Of a stretch of 64,000 nt of DNA, positions 50,765 through 64,000 are shown one piece after another (within the stretch, counting starts at the first letter, position 1; every line of letters begins with the position of its first letter). Under the pieces are notes generated by a model. The model was not told where the DNA came from and ran no database searches. It saw nothing but the letters and a program-made list of their open reading frames with translations. The DNA is from Yuukianura sp. NJ FZ-2021 (Eukaryota), in NCBI GenBank assembly GCA_046563655.1, contig CM102289.1, forward strand, positions 1,178,001 to 1,242,000, written 5' to 3'. The position numbers and the translations under genes are program-made.

Positions 50765-51268
50765 CTCTATTTCTGTGTTGAGTTTGACGGAGAGGCTGAA
50801 ATCGTAAGGTTATTTTCACTACGCAGGTTTAAAAATGGGCGCCAAAAGAGTTTGGAGGCTTCTTGAATTGCGAAGGTGAGGTTGATTGGACGAGTGTTGT
50901 TTGGTCCAGCGTAGATCAAAGCATTTGCAATATTTGCCAACTATGAGATCAAGTAAAGCTGAAATAATTTTTTACAATCATGGATTAAATACTAACCACT
51001 GGAAATATTGGTAAGCTGGCGAGAGTTTTGTTTTGGTTGGAACTTGCGTCTCCTTCCCCATTCTCGTCCTCACCCCCATCTCCTTCAGGTTCTTGACGGG
51101 TGAAAGCTGCTTCAACAACACTCGATTTCTAAAAAATGGGTTTTAAGACAAACATGACAACAACACATAAATGTGTATTTAGCACTGCTGTTCTACAATT
51201 TTAAAAAAAATAACATTACCTGTTGGTTTACAACGTCGTTTCCAAACGTTTGCCGGTAACTCGATGTA
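50765..51268 (-). other. Possible 3' exons of an unidentified gene
   Basis: Three AG/GT-bounded blocks (about 51268-51220, 51128-50997, 50940-50770) splice in frame (..QTFGNDVVNQQ|KSSVVEAAFTRQEPEGDGGEDE..|LANIANALIYAGPNNTRPINLTF..*). No start and no recognised domain. Confidence 0.35.
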
Positions 51269-52351
51269 CTAAAAATTACAAAACCCAAAACAAAAAAATT
51301 TGTAAACTTCATTTTGTATGTATCTTCATCAATTTGCAAACTTTTTTTCCCTGAAATTTTGAAGACAAAACTTTAGTTGCCAAAGAGGAGCTAAATCTCA
51401 ATGACCCCAAAATTTCTGGACTTGCAGCTCATTTGCCTCATTTTTTTCAACTTTCTCCCATAACGAACATGTGGTGCATAATGATTCTGGTTATAATAAT
51501 AATTAATACTATTCGGAGAAATTTGAATGCATTAATAATTTGTAGAAAAATGTATTTGATCCTTTGGAAAGTGTTGAATGAGGTAAATGCTTGGTTCGAA
51601 ATTTAAAAGTTAAAAACCTTTTATCTAAATGCTTTGAAGGTATGCATGTCACCCTCACAAGCCTTCGTGTTCATACCTACATAAGGAATTTACAACATTT
51701 TATTAAAAGTCGTATAAATAATAAGTAAATAAAAGTAAATAATAAACGTCTGGCCAAGGTTGCATTCGATTTTTCACTTTCTCTTTCTACTGGTTCATTT
51801 CATTTCAAATTTGCTGCTTTATGTTTTTGTCCATTTTCATCACCTCAATTTCCAGCTGTAAGCTTAGTGTATTTTGCTAGCTCGTTTCTGCTCTAATCGA
51901 ACGTCCAAACTTGGATGTCTTATGAATATCGTCACTGTCAGATTCTACAATTTAAATGCATTCCACAATACCTTCACCAGAAGTTTTTGTATTAATTTTC
52001 CTGGAATTCGGTCGATTCGTCAACCCAAGTCTCGTGGAATTCGTAAATTTGGATTTGTTTTTGGGCGGGAGTTGGGCCAGTTGCTACAATCATGTGATCA
52101 TGTACTATGCATTTACTAATGTCTACACGTCCCATCCCTTAACATTGGCCAAAATTGGACAAATGCCCGCATGGAACCGGAGAGATGGCAGCCCCTGTCG
52201 CATTATTACAAGAAACGGAAACATTTCCGAAACTAAAACCACATCATTTTGTGCAAAAAACAATCCGCACTACAATACCAAAACGGTGGACTGCATTGGT
52301 GTTATCGCTCTGTTTCCACAATTGCCCGGAGAGGACTTGGATATTTTGAAG

Positions 52352-52505
52352 GGAAGGAGGCCATTGTTTCGAACAGATTGTTCCGAATGAGAATTGTTTC
52401 GACAAAAATAATTGTTTTCAAATATTTCAAGAATTGTTTCAAAACAATTATTTTTCGCAACAATTCAATTCGAAACATTTCTATTCGAAACAATGGCATG
52501 GAACC
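52352..52505. mobile_element. 154-bp foldback MITE with 8-bp TSD
   Basis: TSD TTTTGAAG (52344-52351, 52506-52513). Inverted GCCATTGTTTCGAA / TTCGAAACAATGGC, with internal ATTGTTTCGAA subrepeats. Confidence 0.9.
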
Positions 52506-53089
52506 TTTTGAAGCACTTATCGACATTCTGGTTGAACAAGGGGTTTTACAAGAGAATTGAAAAGGGACGCCCAGATATTGTGCAAATAGGGAATCCACTG
52601 CAACCGACATTCTGGCTACAACGCACGCGTCTGCTCGTAGTCACCGACTTATGTACTTTTCAACGAACCACTGGAATCACAGAACGCAGGTTGATAGATT
52701 TACGTCTTCACTCTGACTTTGGTGACTTTAAGAACAGAATGCTTGTTAGAGTAATCTACAAGGATTGCGGTACAGGAGCAATGAGTGGCAAATTTTATAC
52801 TACAATTGGACTTCCTGTATTGAACATATTGGCTTTAGAGGTTTTAAATGTCACAACATTGCCGCTCAAACTTGACTTTGAAGCTCTTCAAAAGAAAATG
52901 TTGAAAGTAATGGCAATTAGAATACAAACAACTAATATGAACTCCATGGAGAATATGACTCTGCCAACATTCATTCAATTCCTCCGGGCGCCGTACAACC
53001 AAAGTTCATTTCTGGCAGCAGGTAAATCGCGCTATTTGATTATCTAGAAATTAACTTTTTGTAGTTTGTACAAATATATTTTAATTGTA

Positions 53090-53271
53090 CACCAAAACTC
53101 CAAATTCGGAAACTTTTTTCCCTCATAATTAGTTGATACATTATAATATAATAATAATAATACAATATCCAATAATAACAATGGAAAGTATTCGGGAAGC
53201 TTGGTAGGCGCTAAAATCGTTTAAATCAATCAACCAATCAGAAATGAGTTCCCCAATTTGGAGTTTTGGTG
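53090..53271. mobile_element. Intronic MITE flanked by TA
   Basis: CACCAAAACTCCAAATT.GG.AACT is inverted at the two ends. Confidence 0.8.
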
Positions 53272-53996
53272 TACATAAAGCACAAATTAATGAAACAAGT
53301 GAAATTTTTTTGGTTTAGATTTGTTAACTATAGCGTATATGCGGATGTCAAGCAGTGACCAAGGTTTGTCAAGCAGCTGGACATTCCCATTGAAATCCCT
53401 AGATACATATGGGCTTACATGCTACCGAGACGGAGTTCAGTTTGGACTGGAAGACTACAGTCGCCCATTCACTGCAAATACATGGCTCTGCCTGGGAATT
53501 TCAATTATATTGTGTCGTACATATTTGCAGCCTGTTCGCCCTACCGCGCCGTATCGCTTCAGGTTCCTGTCTTCATGTACCTGACTCTCCTGGAAGTCGG
53601 CTTCTCATTGGCTAGTGTTCCAGGCATGCGCGGGAAAGGCCTCCAAGCATTTGTTGTAACAGTACTTCTAATGACTCTCATAATAACTCATGGCTACAAA
53701 GGAATTGTTACAACGTCGCTTGCACTACCATTCCCAGGACATGAATTGCAGTCGATTGAAGAAGCGATGGACCAAAACTACAGTTTTGTTGATTATCCTG
53801 ATCCATATACATTGTATTCAACGTGTTGCGCTTACCCTGAGCAGTTAAACAAGACCATCACTGAAGCAGACAACGCCCAATTTGGAAAAGTTGGACAAAG
53901 TTGCCACGAGTACATCACTTCAGTTGCACAATTCTTCTGGATGAAGAAACTTAAAAGTTCTGACCTAGGTTCGTAAACAAAAAAAAACATTTTTTA

Positions 53997-54153
53997 CACC
54001 AGGTTGTCCAGTAACTCGAAATCTTTAACTTTGTTTGAAAGTATGAAATCTGCCTTTCTATGATAATTTTTTGAACGTAATGTAAATGAGATTGGTGCAG
54101 AAATTTGTTTGAAGTAAAATTTTTGGAATCATTGAGTTATTAGACAACCTGTT
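53997..54153. mobile_element. MITE (CAGGTTGTC termini) nested in the extra intron
   Basis: CAGGTTGTCCAGTAACTC ... GAGTTATTAGACAACCTG. Same terminal family as 58424-58790. Confidence 0.7.
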
Positions 54154-55443
54154 TAGATAATTTCTGGATTGGTTGTTATCGTAACCTTGGTTTTGACCTA
54201 GTTTTGAAAGGGAGCTTCCCTACGTTAGTGACAGACGACATGAATAAATTGTTCGACAAACTGGAAGATCAGGGCAAAAATGAAAGAGCAGACTACAAGT
54301 TTCTCAAAAATCTCAAAATCCTACCATGCGGCTTGGATTTTGAAACGGAGTTTGTTAAATGCAAGAAACAATTTTGGATCTCAAACTCCATCTACACTCT
54401 TGACGTCACTAAGAAACTTCACCAGTATGCTACACACTTGATGTCTACTAAAAACTCCTCTGTAAAAGCATACTACTTTTTAGACAAAACTAGGATGGTC
54501 GGTGAGCAAATGCTGGGTTGTCGTGTGTTAAGTGCTGCTAAATTTGATTTTGGCGGGAGCCTAAATCGTCTCATTGAGTCTGGAATTATGATCAGTCGTT
54601 TCGGAATTTTTCAATCCATTACCTTTTTACGTTATATTACTGCAGTATTGAAACAGTTGGAAGAACAACCGAATGCACCGAAGAAATTAAGTTTGGAATC
54701 CAGAGTTTCGTTGGTCTTTTTTCTGCTACCGATTGGATATCTGTTGGCATCTATTTCTGCATTGGTGGAGGCGGTTCTGATTCCAAGCTATACCTTATTC
54801 AGATCCACAATCGCATTGATTTTGTAAGGATCGGCTTTCTTAGTAGTACTCTTTGTTTTGACTCTAACATGCTCTAATTGCACTTTTTTTTTTGTAGAAT
54901 TTAAAAAACATGAGGTACTACGCAACCTGTCAAGGAAAATTATATCAACAAGCGTTGGGTTTTCTTTTCAATTTACCTATAACTAACAACGCCATGGCAA
55001 CTCAACTGAAAATTGTGCCACTTTTTTTTAATGTAAGAATGAAAAGGCCAAATATCTGAATTTTTGTTTTCTCATTTCATTATGAATTATTAAACAGTTT
55101 TGAAGGAGCAGTTGACCATTAATTATTTACTGACTAATGCTCAAATTTTTGCATGACACACGACAGTATCAAGAAAAAATTCAAACATTTCGGAACTTAA
55201 TATTCTTGTAAGTTTTAATTTATATTTTATGTATAAAGTCTATATATCACCATCGTCAGGCGAAGGGTATCGAGGTTAACATTTCAATATTCTACTTTAT
55301 ACGTTCCCAATATTCTGTGCTAAGTTTGTGTTAAACTTGATATTTTGTTGAATTTATATCCAAGACAACAAAAGAAGCACCACATAAGTTCCTGTTCTGC
55401 AAACTTCACGTCTTTAAGAATATTGTCAGATTCTACAATTAAA

Positions 55444-58381
55444 ATGCATTCCACAATCACTTCATCAGTAGTTTTTGTGTTATTTTTTCTGCAGTTCAGC
55501 ACATTCGTCAACCCTAGTCTTGTCGAATTCGTCAATTTAGATTTGTATTTAGGCGGGAGTTGGGCCAGTTGCTACAATCATGTGATCTTGAACTGGTATC
55601 GTACTAACATCTACAGCTCCTATCCACTTACATTCCAATTATACTCACGAATGAAAAAGCGACGAGGATTGGAAAACAGTTCATGTGTCAATGTTACAAA
55701 AACAGGAAATGTCGTAGAAACAACAACTCCTACATTTTGTGCACAAGACAGTCCTCACTACATGACCAAAAATGTGAACTGCATTGGTGTTACTGCATTT
55801 TTTCCGTTTAGATATGACAATGGAAAATACAGTTTTGAATACTTGAGGCAATATTGGCATAACTTGGGTTATTACAAGAAAGAGGAGTGGGGGCGTACAA
55901 TCATTGAAAACAAGTGGTATGCCCTGTCAGAGGAATACCTCATGTACAACACTCGGTTGCTAGTAATAGCTGACTCTTGTACTTTCGAACAGAATGATCA
56001 TTTGTTACGTTTAAACTCATTCCTTGATCTGACGACTAACAACGCTCGATACTTGTGGAGAACTATTGTGAGAGTTGTGTACAACAAGTGTATTACTAAA
56101 GTTGTCAAAGAGATAAGTGGTAAATTTGAACTCAGAATTGGAATTACAGAGCGTTTCATGCGTTGGCGTCATTACTTTGTTGTACACAAATTGCCGCTAT
56201 TAGTTAACTTTGAATACATCCAAAGAGAAATTTACAAAACTATATCAATTAAATTAACTTCGGATGAGTTCAAAACGCTAAGGTTGCCTGATTATTTGGT
56301 GGCCCCACTACTGGACTTTCTATTGGCTCCATTCAATAAAACCTACCCGGAGGAAATAAACTTTGTTGATACAAAAAAAGGTAAAATTTCCGTACACTTC
56401 GTAAAATCAATACTTACAAGGAGACGCTTGCAACCGTTTCTCAAACTAAATTATGAGACTAGTACAAAAAAGTGTTTATAATATTATTATAAATTCTTAT
56501 AAAATTCATATTAATATCCTATTAACATTATATTACTAATAATAGTATATTAACATATTAACATTCTTATCAAGAAAAATATTTTCCTCTGGGTGGCAAC
56601 GAATACCAGCCGGGTATGCAAGTCGAATAAAAACATCAAAAATTATTCAAAATTCAAAAGTCAAACTGAAGTAAATTTAAAGCAAACCAAACCTCATCAC
56701 AGACCATTAAAGTATTAAAGAAATTTTTTAACACTTTAAAATCTGAAAAAAAAATTATACCGTGAACGATACATACAGATAGTCGCCTGGCGGGGTTCGA
56801 ATCTACTTCGGATTCACTTTTTTTGCGTTGCAAAACAAAACTGGTGTCAAAATTTTTGTTTAATTATACTAACAAAATTGCGACTAGTCCAATAATTTAT
56901 TTTAAAAAACGGTTGAAAGCCATTCCTCGTTAGTATATATCAAGCATTTTAATTTTAATAAAGATTTGTATTGATGAAGAATTATACAAATTTGTTCTAC
57001 AGATATAATGATGGTACGTCTACAAGTTAATACTGACAGAAACCGTAGGGGAAGGTGGCCGTACATTCCGCTAAAATCTGTGTACATGTATGGAGTGACG
57101 TGTCATCAAGAAGGCATGCGCTTTGGATTCGACGACTATACAAGCCCGTTTTTCAGCAGCACATGGCTGGTCATGGGTATTTCATTTCTGACGGTATGTG
57201 GATTCTTTTTAGTGTTTCCGCACTACAAAGCCGTATCGCTTCAAATTCCATTCTTCTTTTACGCCACTCTATTGGAAGTGGGATACTCCTTGAAAAACAT
57301 TCCAGGAATTCGGGGCAAGGGACTACAAGTCTTTACCGCAATATTTCTACTAATGGCTCTGGTGCTTACAAATGGTTACAAAGGAATTGTTACCACCTCA
57401 CTCGCACTCCCATTTCCTGAAAATGAATTGAAATCTATTGAAGAAGCATTGGCTAGAAACTACACATTTATTCCAGACCCAGAAACAGACGAGCTATATT
57501 CGATGTACTGTGGACGGTTACATAACTCATGGAACACAATACGTAGTTTACTGGAGCAACGATTGGCACAAAATGGCCTAACATTGGCACAATTCATTAT
57601 CTCTCGTGCACAGTACTACTTTGCAATAAAGTTCAGCTCGTTTCACATAAGCGACAATGTCGCCTACGACATGTTTGATGATAAGATGCATGCTTGGTTC
57701 AGTAATATGGAGCAACAGGGTAGAACGAACTCTTCTGTATACAAATTACTCCACAACCTTACTCTCTTGCCGTGTGATGTTTCTTTGCGAGACGAACTTG
57801 CACAATGTAAAAAGGAATTTGGAATTACTGAAACTTATATGGACACTGCTGTTGCCAAGAGAATGCTGGAGTATGAAGCAGAATTGTTTTTTGGGAAATA
57901 CGTGTCTAGAAAATTCTATTTCTTTTTGGACAAAACGATGTTTGCAAAAGATATCTCACACGGTTTTGAAATAGAAACTAATTCACAGTACGACGTTTCA
58001 ACTAGTTTGAAGCGACTTGCCCAGTCTGGTGTTATGCTCAGCCGTTACAATCTGTATTTGTATATGTATCAAAGACGAGAGGTTACCCTCGCATTGCAAA
58101 TGCCATACCGCAACTATACGGTCGGGGGCCCTGTGCAATTAAGTCTAAGTTCAAGAATATTGTTGGTGTTCTTCATGTTGCCTTGCGGATCTCTGGTGGC
58201 CCTCATTTTTGCAATAGTAGAGGCCATTGTGATTCCTAAATACGATGCAATTAAAACTCTAGTTAAGACTAAACTAACAACTTTGAGCAATCGTCATCTC
58301 GATTTACCTCCCGGCCTACTTCTTCTCCTGCGCAAACCAATTGCTCCCCTTAACGTGAAAATTGTGACCACAAAAGCATAG
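55444..58381 (+). CDS. Two-exon IR-like chemoreceptor (exons 55444-56380, 57003-58381; 771 aa)
   Basis: LYLGGSWASCYNHVI, YTSPFFSSTW, LTNGYKGIVTTSL, RLAQSG and TM3. Phase-1 intron at the same position as in the paralogs. Confidence 0.82.
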
Positions 58382-58423
58382 GGATTATTTCCAAGGTTTC
58401 TTGACAACTGCATTGTAATCCTA

Positions 58424-58790
58424 CGACGGGCTGTCCAATAACTCGTGAGTTCCAAAAATCTTGCAAAAATAATTTATTTTTCCAATTTTCATTATTTACA
58501 ACGAATGATTACCATAGAAAGTAACAGAAGAAATTTTTTTTTGCAAATTCTTTCAGAATTCTCAACTCAATTTGGGTATGCTAAACATATTCAGTTCCCA
58601 TGCCTGTAATGTTAACAAAATCAATATTTTGGGCTTTTTTATTACTAAATATTTATCGATTTTCCCATGCCCTTAATGTTAATTAATTAAATATTTTGAG
58701 GTTTTTGATGAAAAATATATTTAATATTTAAATATTTCGCGGGTTTTTAGTAAATATTTTTGGCATGTCTAGTTATGGGACAACCTGGTG
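58424..58790. mobile_element. MITE related to 53997-54153
   Basis: GGGCTGTCCAATAACT ... AGTTATGGGACAACCTGGTG with TA flanks and an internal short direct repeat. Confidence 0.6.
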
Positions 58791-61700
58791 TAGACAAAAC
58801 TTTTTGTTTGTTTACAAACCCTGATTATTTTGCTTGTTTTTGCAAAATTTAGTGGGGGAAATTGCAAAATTGTAAGAAAATGCATTTTGTAAATAATTTA
58901 CAAGAAAAAAATTTCAAATAATTTTTTGGAAATTTCGAGCTGCAGACGTTCTAGGTTAGATTGTAGGAGACTATACTTTAGTAGTTCACCTAAAAGATTA
59001 ATTGTAGTCATGGCAACACATTTGGACGTGCCCTTCACTGTATTGAGAGCTCTTAAAGATCTTAGAGGAAAAGACATTGAATTTCAAAAACTTCAAATAG
59101 AAAAGTCAACTGCCGAAGATTAGTGCTACTCATGCGAGAAGATGATCGTATGCTAATTTGTTCACCGTTCCATTAACTTGAGCAGTTGACTTTGATTTAT
59201 ATCCTGCAGATCGCTTCCAGCTTGGTGCGCTGGCGCTTTCTCTACTCAAATGAACTTCTGAACCGCATCTTCAGATCAGCTAAAAAGCTCTTGCTTAGAC
59301 TGGAAAACTCTTACTTCACTCCAGCCTCCGCTCCAGAATATTGTAACAGTTTCGTCCAAGCTTCAAATCGCGAACCACATTTCTGCAAATACACTTTTAA
59401 AACAAACTTTTTGAATGACGCTCATTTGGACTTCAATTTTTGAAATCAGTGGGAAGTGTCCATGTGAAAACTGAAGAAAGTCGTGATTGTTTGACTTTTG
59501 TTATTGCAAAACTACCACTTTATTGTACTGTCCAATCAGAAAAGAAGTGCCCAATTCCAGAAATGTTTTCTACTGAATGCAGACATGGGCGGCCATTCAA
59601 CGGAGTCCATTTTCTCCTGGGAATTGCAGTTCTCTCAAGCTGCTTTCACTCCTGTGTCATGTAAGTTCAATTTCCGTTTGAATTGCAAAAAAATCAAAGC
59701 GAGACGTGCTGCAGTAACATAAAAAAAAATGTTGCTGAGAAAAAAATCTTCCGGTTGGACAAAATTTTTGGCTCTCGCTTTTACAATATGAAAGCTGCAT
59801 TATTTAAAAAAAAACAACTTTCTGAGGTTGTATGACCAAAAAAATATGTGAACTACGCAAGAATATTTTTTTGAGATTATATTTTGTAGAACTTTTTTTG
59901 GTTGGTGGTTTGGTTAGTTAATCGCAAAAAAAAGACAATCAGTAAGTGGTTGATGAGTGTTTTTGAATTTGGATTTTGGCACTACTTTTATGTCAATGTT
60001 ACGAACGTGCCTAAGTGCTTAATCAGAGTAGTATTGCGTGGGAAAATAATTTTGAAATTTTGAAAACACCACGAAACTTTCTGAAAATGAACGGAGTGTG
60101 GTTTCTGAACTGTCAACTTCAAATGTCGCGCTATAATTTTCGTTGTGTTTGTAGCAATGCTGTTTCACTGAGGAAAAAGCTCTTGTCGGTTTGACTAAAT
60201 TTTGAAAAGGAGCTGAAAGCCAACATCAATCGCAATTCCATTAGGTTATAGGTTAGGCTAAGCCTAACCTAATGCCCCACGCTGCTTTTTATCCGTGTAT
60301 CGACTAGGGTATTCTGCCTCTGCGGTCTTTTTAGCATGTCTCGATATATTACCTTCCGGTGGTTCCTGATATCCGTTTTCAAAAAAGTTACAATGAAGCT
60401 CCGTTTTGAAATTCCGAAGCAGCTTTTACCACGATGTATCAAATTTTCATTTTGCGGTAGCGCCATTTGTTACGGCTTTTCGGAAACAGTGTAACACCAA
60501 CCATGTTTCATGAGAGATGCAGCAGATGCGACCAACTATTGCAAAAGATGAGCACAAAAGATTACTCGCAGAAAATTAGAGCGGGATTTTCTTTTTTGAA
60601 AACAGAAATCTTAGTTTTTCATACAAAATTTGCATGTCTAAAGAAGTATAAGATGCAAGCACGTAGTAATTACCCGAGCTGTAGCAATAAATTACTTCAA
60701 TTCTAGTGGATTTTTGTACGTGACATGCGAAATTCGGATAATGTTTTCTCTACAAACGAAGCCGGGCATGCCCCGCTCCAGTTTCAAATTTTGTTTGTTT
60801 CTAAAATTTCATCAAATTTTGAATTTCCAAGTTTTTCGAAACTTCAGTTTCAAATTCTTGAAGTCTCCAAGGGTAAAGATGCTCCATCAGGAAAAGATTT
60901 GATACAAAGTAAAATGTTGTTTTTTGCCGAGTTTTGAAAAAAAATTCAACAAAAATTAAAATGCAAACTTTTCTTAATATTTCTCAACTTTTTCCTTGTT
61001 AATTCTCGGTTTCTAACATTGCTGGTTCCTTGACAAAATTTGACAACTTGTGCAATGCAGCAACTCGAGGCATCCTCCGACAAAATCTTTGTTGTGAAAA
61101 GCATTCGCTGAAGCTTCACTTTCACTTGCTTTTACCTTCATTTATAATAGACGCCAAGCACCAGTGGGAGGCTAAAACTGGAACAAAAGCGTCCAGAATT
61201 CCCTGCCCATCAACCTAAAAACGACTTCCTTCTCTCGTTCACTCATAATGCTCTCCACTTCTCATCATCTTTGACTTCCAAATGCAACTTTGTGTTGCCC
61301 TGGGTGACATCCGGGCTTAAGCCGAAGTGAAAAGGAATTTCCTTTGTTTCCATGACAACCAAGCAAGACAGTAGTTTCACCTAATCAAAATTTTAGCAAA
61401 GGAGAAGCTTAAATTTCGGAGCCAAATAGCCCCACCGTCAACTCTTTTTTTTCCAAATGAGAAAGTTGATTACTGGATTTTTTTTTGAAAGAGAAAATGT
61501 CATGCTGCGTAAATGGACGCGAGATGTTGTTTCGTCTGAAATTTTTATTTTTGTTTGAGTCAAGCCACTTAAATCTTAAGAACGTCTTAAAATTTTCATG
61601 GTTTCGGTGGATTCGCTTGCTAACTTTGAGTAGACTTGGAAATTGACTTCAATAAAAACAGATCGGAGTTCATCTTCGCAATTGAATTAGTCAGGAACTC

Positions 61701-62622
61701 TGTCCCGCTGTTTTTCGTTTTGAAATCCACGGGATTCCGCGGGAAGCTTAACACAATTAAAGTTGAGTTTTGGTTTTGGAATTTAAAAAAAGGCGTGTCA
61801 AGGTTCAGACGCAAAAACAAACTGAAAATGAAAAAAAAAGAAAAACAGCGAAAGAAATAAATTGACAAAAGGTTGTGTGTTTTTCAAATTAAATGTTTAA
61901 AGCGGTCTCATCTGTTCAAACAGAAATTCCAATTTGTTTTGAAAATTACCAACTTTGCAACATATTCAAATCGTTAAATTTCCTGTCAAAAAAATAACCT
62001 GAGTATACACTTTTATACTTCCATTGGTTTTTCAAAATTACTTTTCTTTTTGTCTCTTTAAGTTGGATCCAGATTTCGTTTTGAAAAATTTCAATTCTCT
62101 GAAACAAAAAAAAAACTACTTTGAAACGAATTTGTAGAGAAAGCTCAGATTAAAATTCAAACCACAGTTTTTTTTTTACTTTCATTGCGCAAATACGTTT
62201 TCTTATTACGTCTTACGCTGCACTAACTCCAAACTGCTGGTTTTGAATATAACCTCAAATTCTCACTCCAATTTAATCTCAATTAGCGGAAATTTATGGT
62301 TCTATATTCCATTTTTTTAAACTCTAAACTGATATAACAATTTTTGCAACCCGAAGTATATAATCAATAGCGGTTACGGCAAAAAAAAAATACGAAACGC
62401 AATTTTGTAAGTGTGTTTGGTGTAATTTTTTAGCCGATAATCAAATTAAAATTAAGCTACGCAAAACTAATTGGCTTTATTTCCTTTTAAATTGTTTCAG
62501 TTTTTCGAAATTTTGTGTTTGTTTCCGCTAATGTTTTATTCAAATTGAATGTTTTCTACTAAACATAAACAAGTAGATCCCAATTGCCAAAATTTCAGTT
62601 TATCAAATGTTTGTAGCACTTT

Positions 62623-63093
62623 TTAACCCGAATGTTGCCCCATCCACTGCGCAAACTCATCAAGACTGATTCTGCCGTCCTTGTCCAAGTCAGCCTCAGC
62701 TACAAACTGCTCATACGAAATGTCGCAATAGTGTGGGTTGTGAATCTTGTAGAGTACCATGTACTCCTCAAACTCTGGCAACGAAATGTACCCGTCTCCA
62801 TCTTTGTCATAGACTTTTGCACGATTCTTTGACATTTTTTCATCGTCATGCCAATATTTCACAGTTTCAATCATTTCTCGCATGGGGATGTAGCCTCCAA
62901 AATGTTGACGCCAATAGCGCTTGTAAGCGTCAATCTGCTCAGGCGTGCGTGGAAGGCCAATCCGCTCAAAGAAATGTCCAACGTCATTGGCTAAGAAGAA
63001 ACCTTCGTCGGAGAATGTCGGAATCCCTCGGAAAACGGATTTCACGCCTTCGAGCTCCTGTTCGGTAAATGGTTTAGTGAAGTCTCGTGACAT
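62623..63093 (-). CDS. Calmodulin-like EF-hand calcium-binding protein, intronless, about 156 aa
   Basis: Two canonical C-lobe loops, DKDGDGYISLPE and DLDKDGRISLDE, with a degenerate N-lobe. First ATG at 63093. Confidence 0.85.
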   Translation of the reverse strand: MSRDFTKPFTEQELEGVKSVFRGIPTFSDEGFFLANDVGHFFERIGLPRTPEQIDAYKRYWRQHFGGYIPMREMIETVKYWHDDEKMSKNRAKVYDKDGDGYISLPEFEEYMVLYKIHNPHYCDISYEQFVAEADLDKDGRISLDEFAQWMGQHSG

Positions 63094-64000
63094 TGTATCT
63101 AACGAATAGTCACTCACTTTTCAAATAAAGTGAAAAAACAACAGTCACAAATACAAAAAATAAACTTAAGTTGGTCTCCTTTGGGAAGACAGTTTTCAAA
63201 TTTGAAAAAAGTGAAAGCAAAAGAAAATCAAAAAAAGGCTAAAAAGCTCTAAAAAGAGACAAAATATAATAATGGTCGGAAAAATTGTTGTTTTCTTCTC
63301 AAATTCTCAAATCGTTCAAAAAATTTTCCAACTTCCAAAAAGGGAATTACTGTTAATTCAACAGTAATTTTAAAAAATTGAAACATGTTTACCTTATTCA
63401 AGTCAAATGTAGAGTTCAACTGACGCGTTTGGAGTGATTTATCAAGCATTATATAATGTCTAGATTTTTAAATTTAATCAGAAAACCTGAAATTGATCAA
63501 TAAGTTTTTTAAAATAGAGGTGGAGGATTTATTTGATGGGAAAAACCCAATTAAACTAATTGATAGATTAGGTTAGGTTAGGCCAAACCTTGATAGACTA
63601 ACTATGTTTTTAGAGAATTCTGGCAAAGAAATGTGAGACCTATTTTCTTCTTACATTTTTTTTTATATTGAATGTTGAGACACATAAAGCTAAGATTTAA
63701 TACTTACTACATGTAATATATCTCATGGAAAATTTTTGTTTAAATGCGCAGTTGATCATGAAAATTTTTATATGAGGTGATAATTTTTCGATGATTATTC
63801 TAACTTGTTTGAGACTTTTATTTACTGAAAAGGCTGACTTGTTTCGTTCATCAGGCAGGTTTTGAGCTTTTTTTAATTGGACATTAATTAAGCTATTGCC
63901 GTTGTCAAGTAATTCACTTTTTCTCAAAGAGTAGCACTTTTTGTCTTTTTTCAAAGAGTGGCATTTTTTGACTTTTTTTGTAGATGATGTTTTATTTAAC

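Larger units (their letters stand above)
51956..54827 (+). pseudogene. IR-like gene of the two-exon subfamily, disrupted by a MITE and a frameshift, with one extra intron
   Basis: Paralog of 55444-58381. Insertion at 52352-52505, intron 53022-53318, 1-nt frameshift near 53508 and extra intron 53969-54201. Confidence 0.82.

Noticed and set aside
58900..61900. Exon-like GC-richer patches and short ORFs
   Set aside because: Stops interrupt every frame tried. It may be a decayed gene or UTR, but no call can be supported.

Overview
AT-rich eukaryotic DNA with short GT-AG introns. It is very probably from an arthropod, and the gene content suggests a springtail (inference, not verified). The window is a duplication-rich chemosensory and defence locus. 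It holds nine divergent ionotropic-receptor (IR)-like genes in two subfamilies (4 apparently intact, 5 damaged), two gustatory-receptor-like genes, two PEF-less calpains plus a fragment, SLC33A1 plus remnants, an acetylcholinesterase-like gene, an EF-hand protein, a spliced 8-Cys defensin/diapausin-like peptide gene and a fungal-type beta-propeller lactonase (HGT candidate). Mobile DNA includes a Mag-like Gypsy LTR element inside an IR ORF, two DINE-1/HINE-like Helentron derivatives and several MITEs. The most unusual observations are three: (i) an unannotated secreted-protein gene with three phase-matched alternative terminal exons encoding His/Lys-rich tails; (ii) two unrelated foldback elements that share asymmetric terminal octamers and 8-bp TSDs, both inserted in chemoreceptor exons; (iii) a paralog-specific intron flanked by a direct repeat. 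All exon models were read by eye and lack transcript support.
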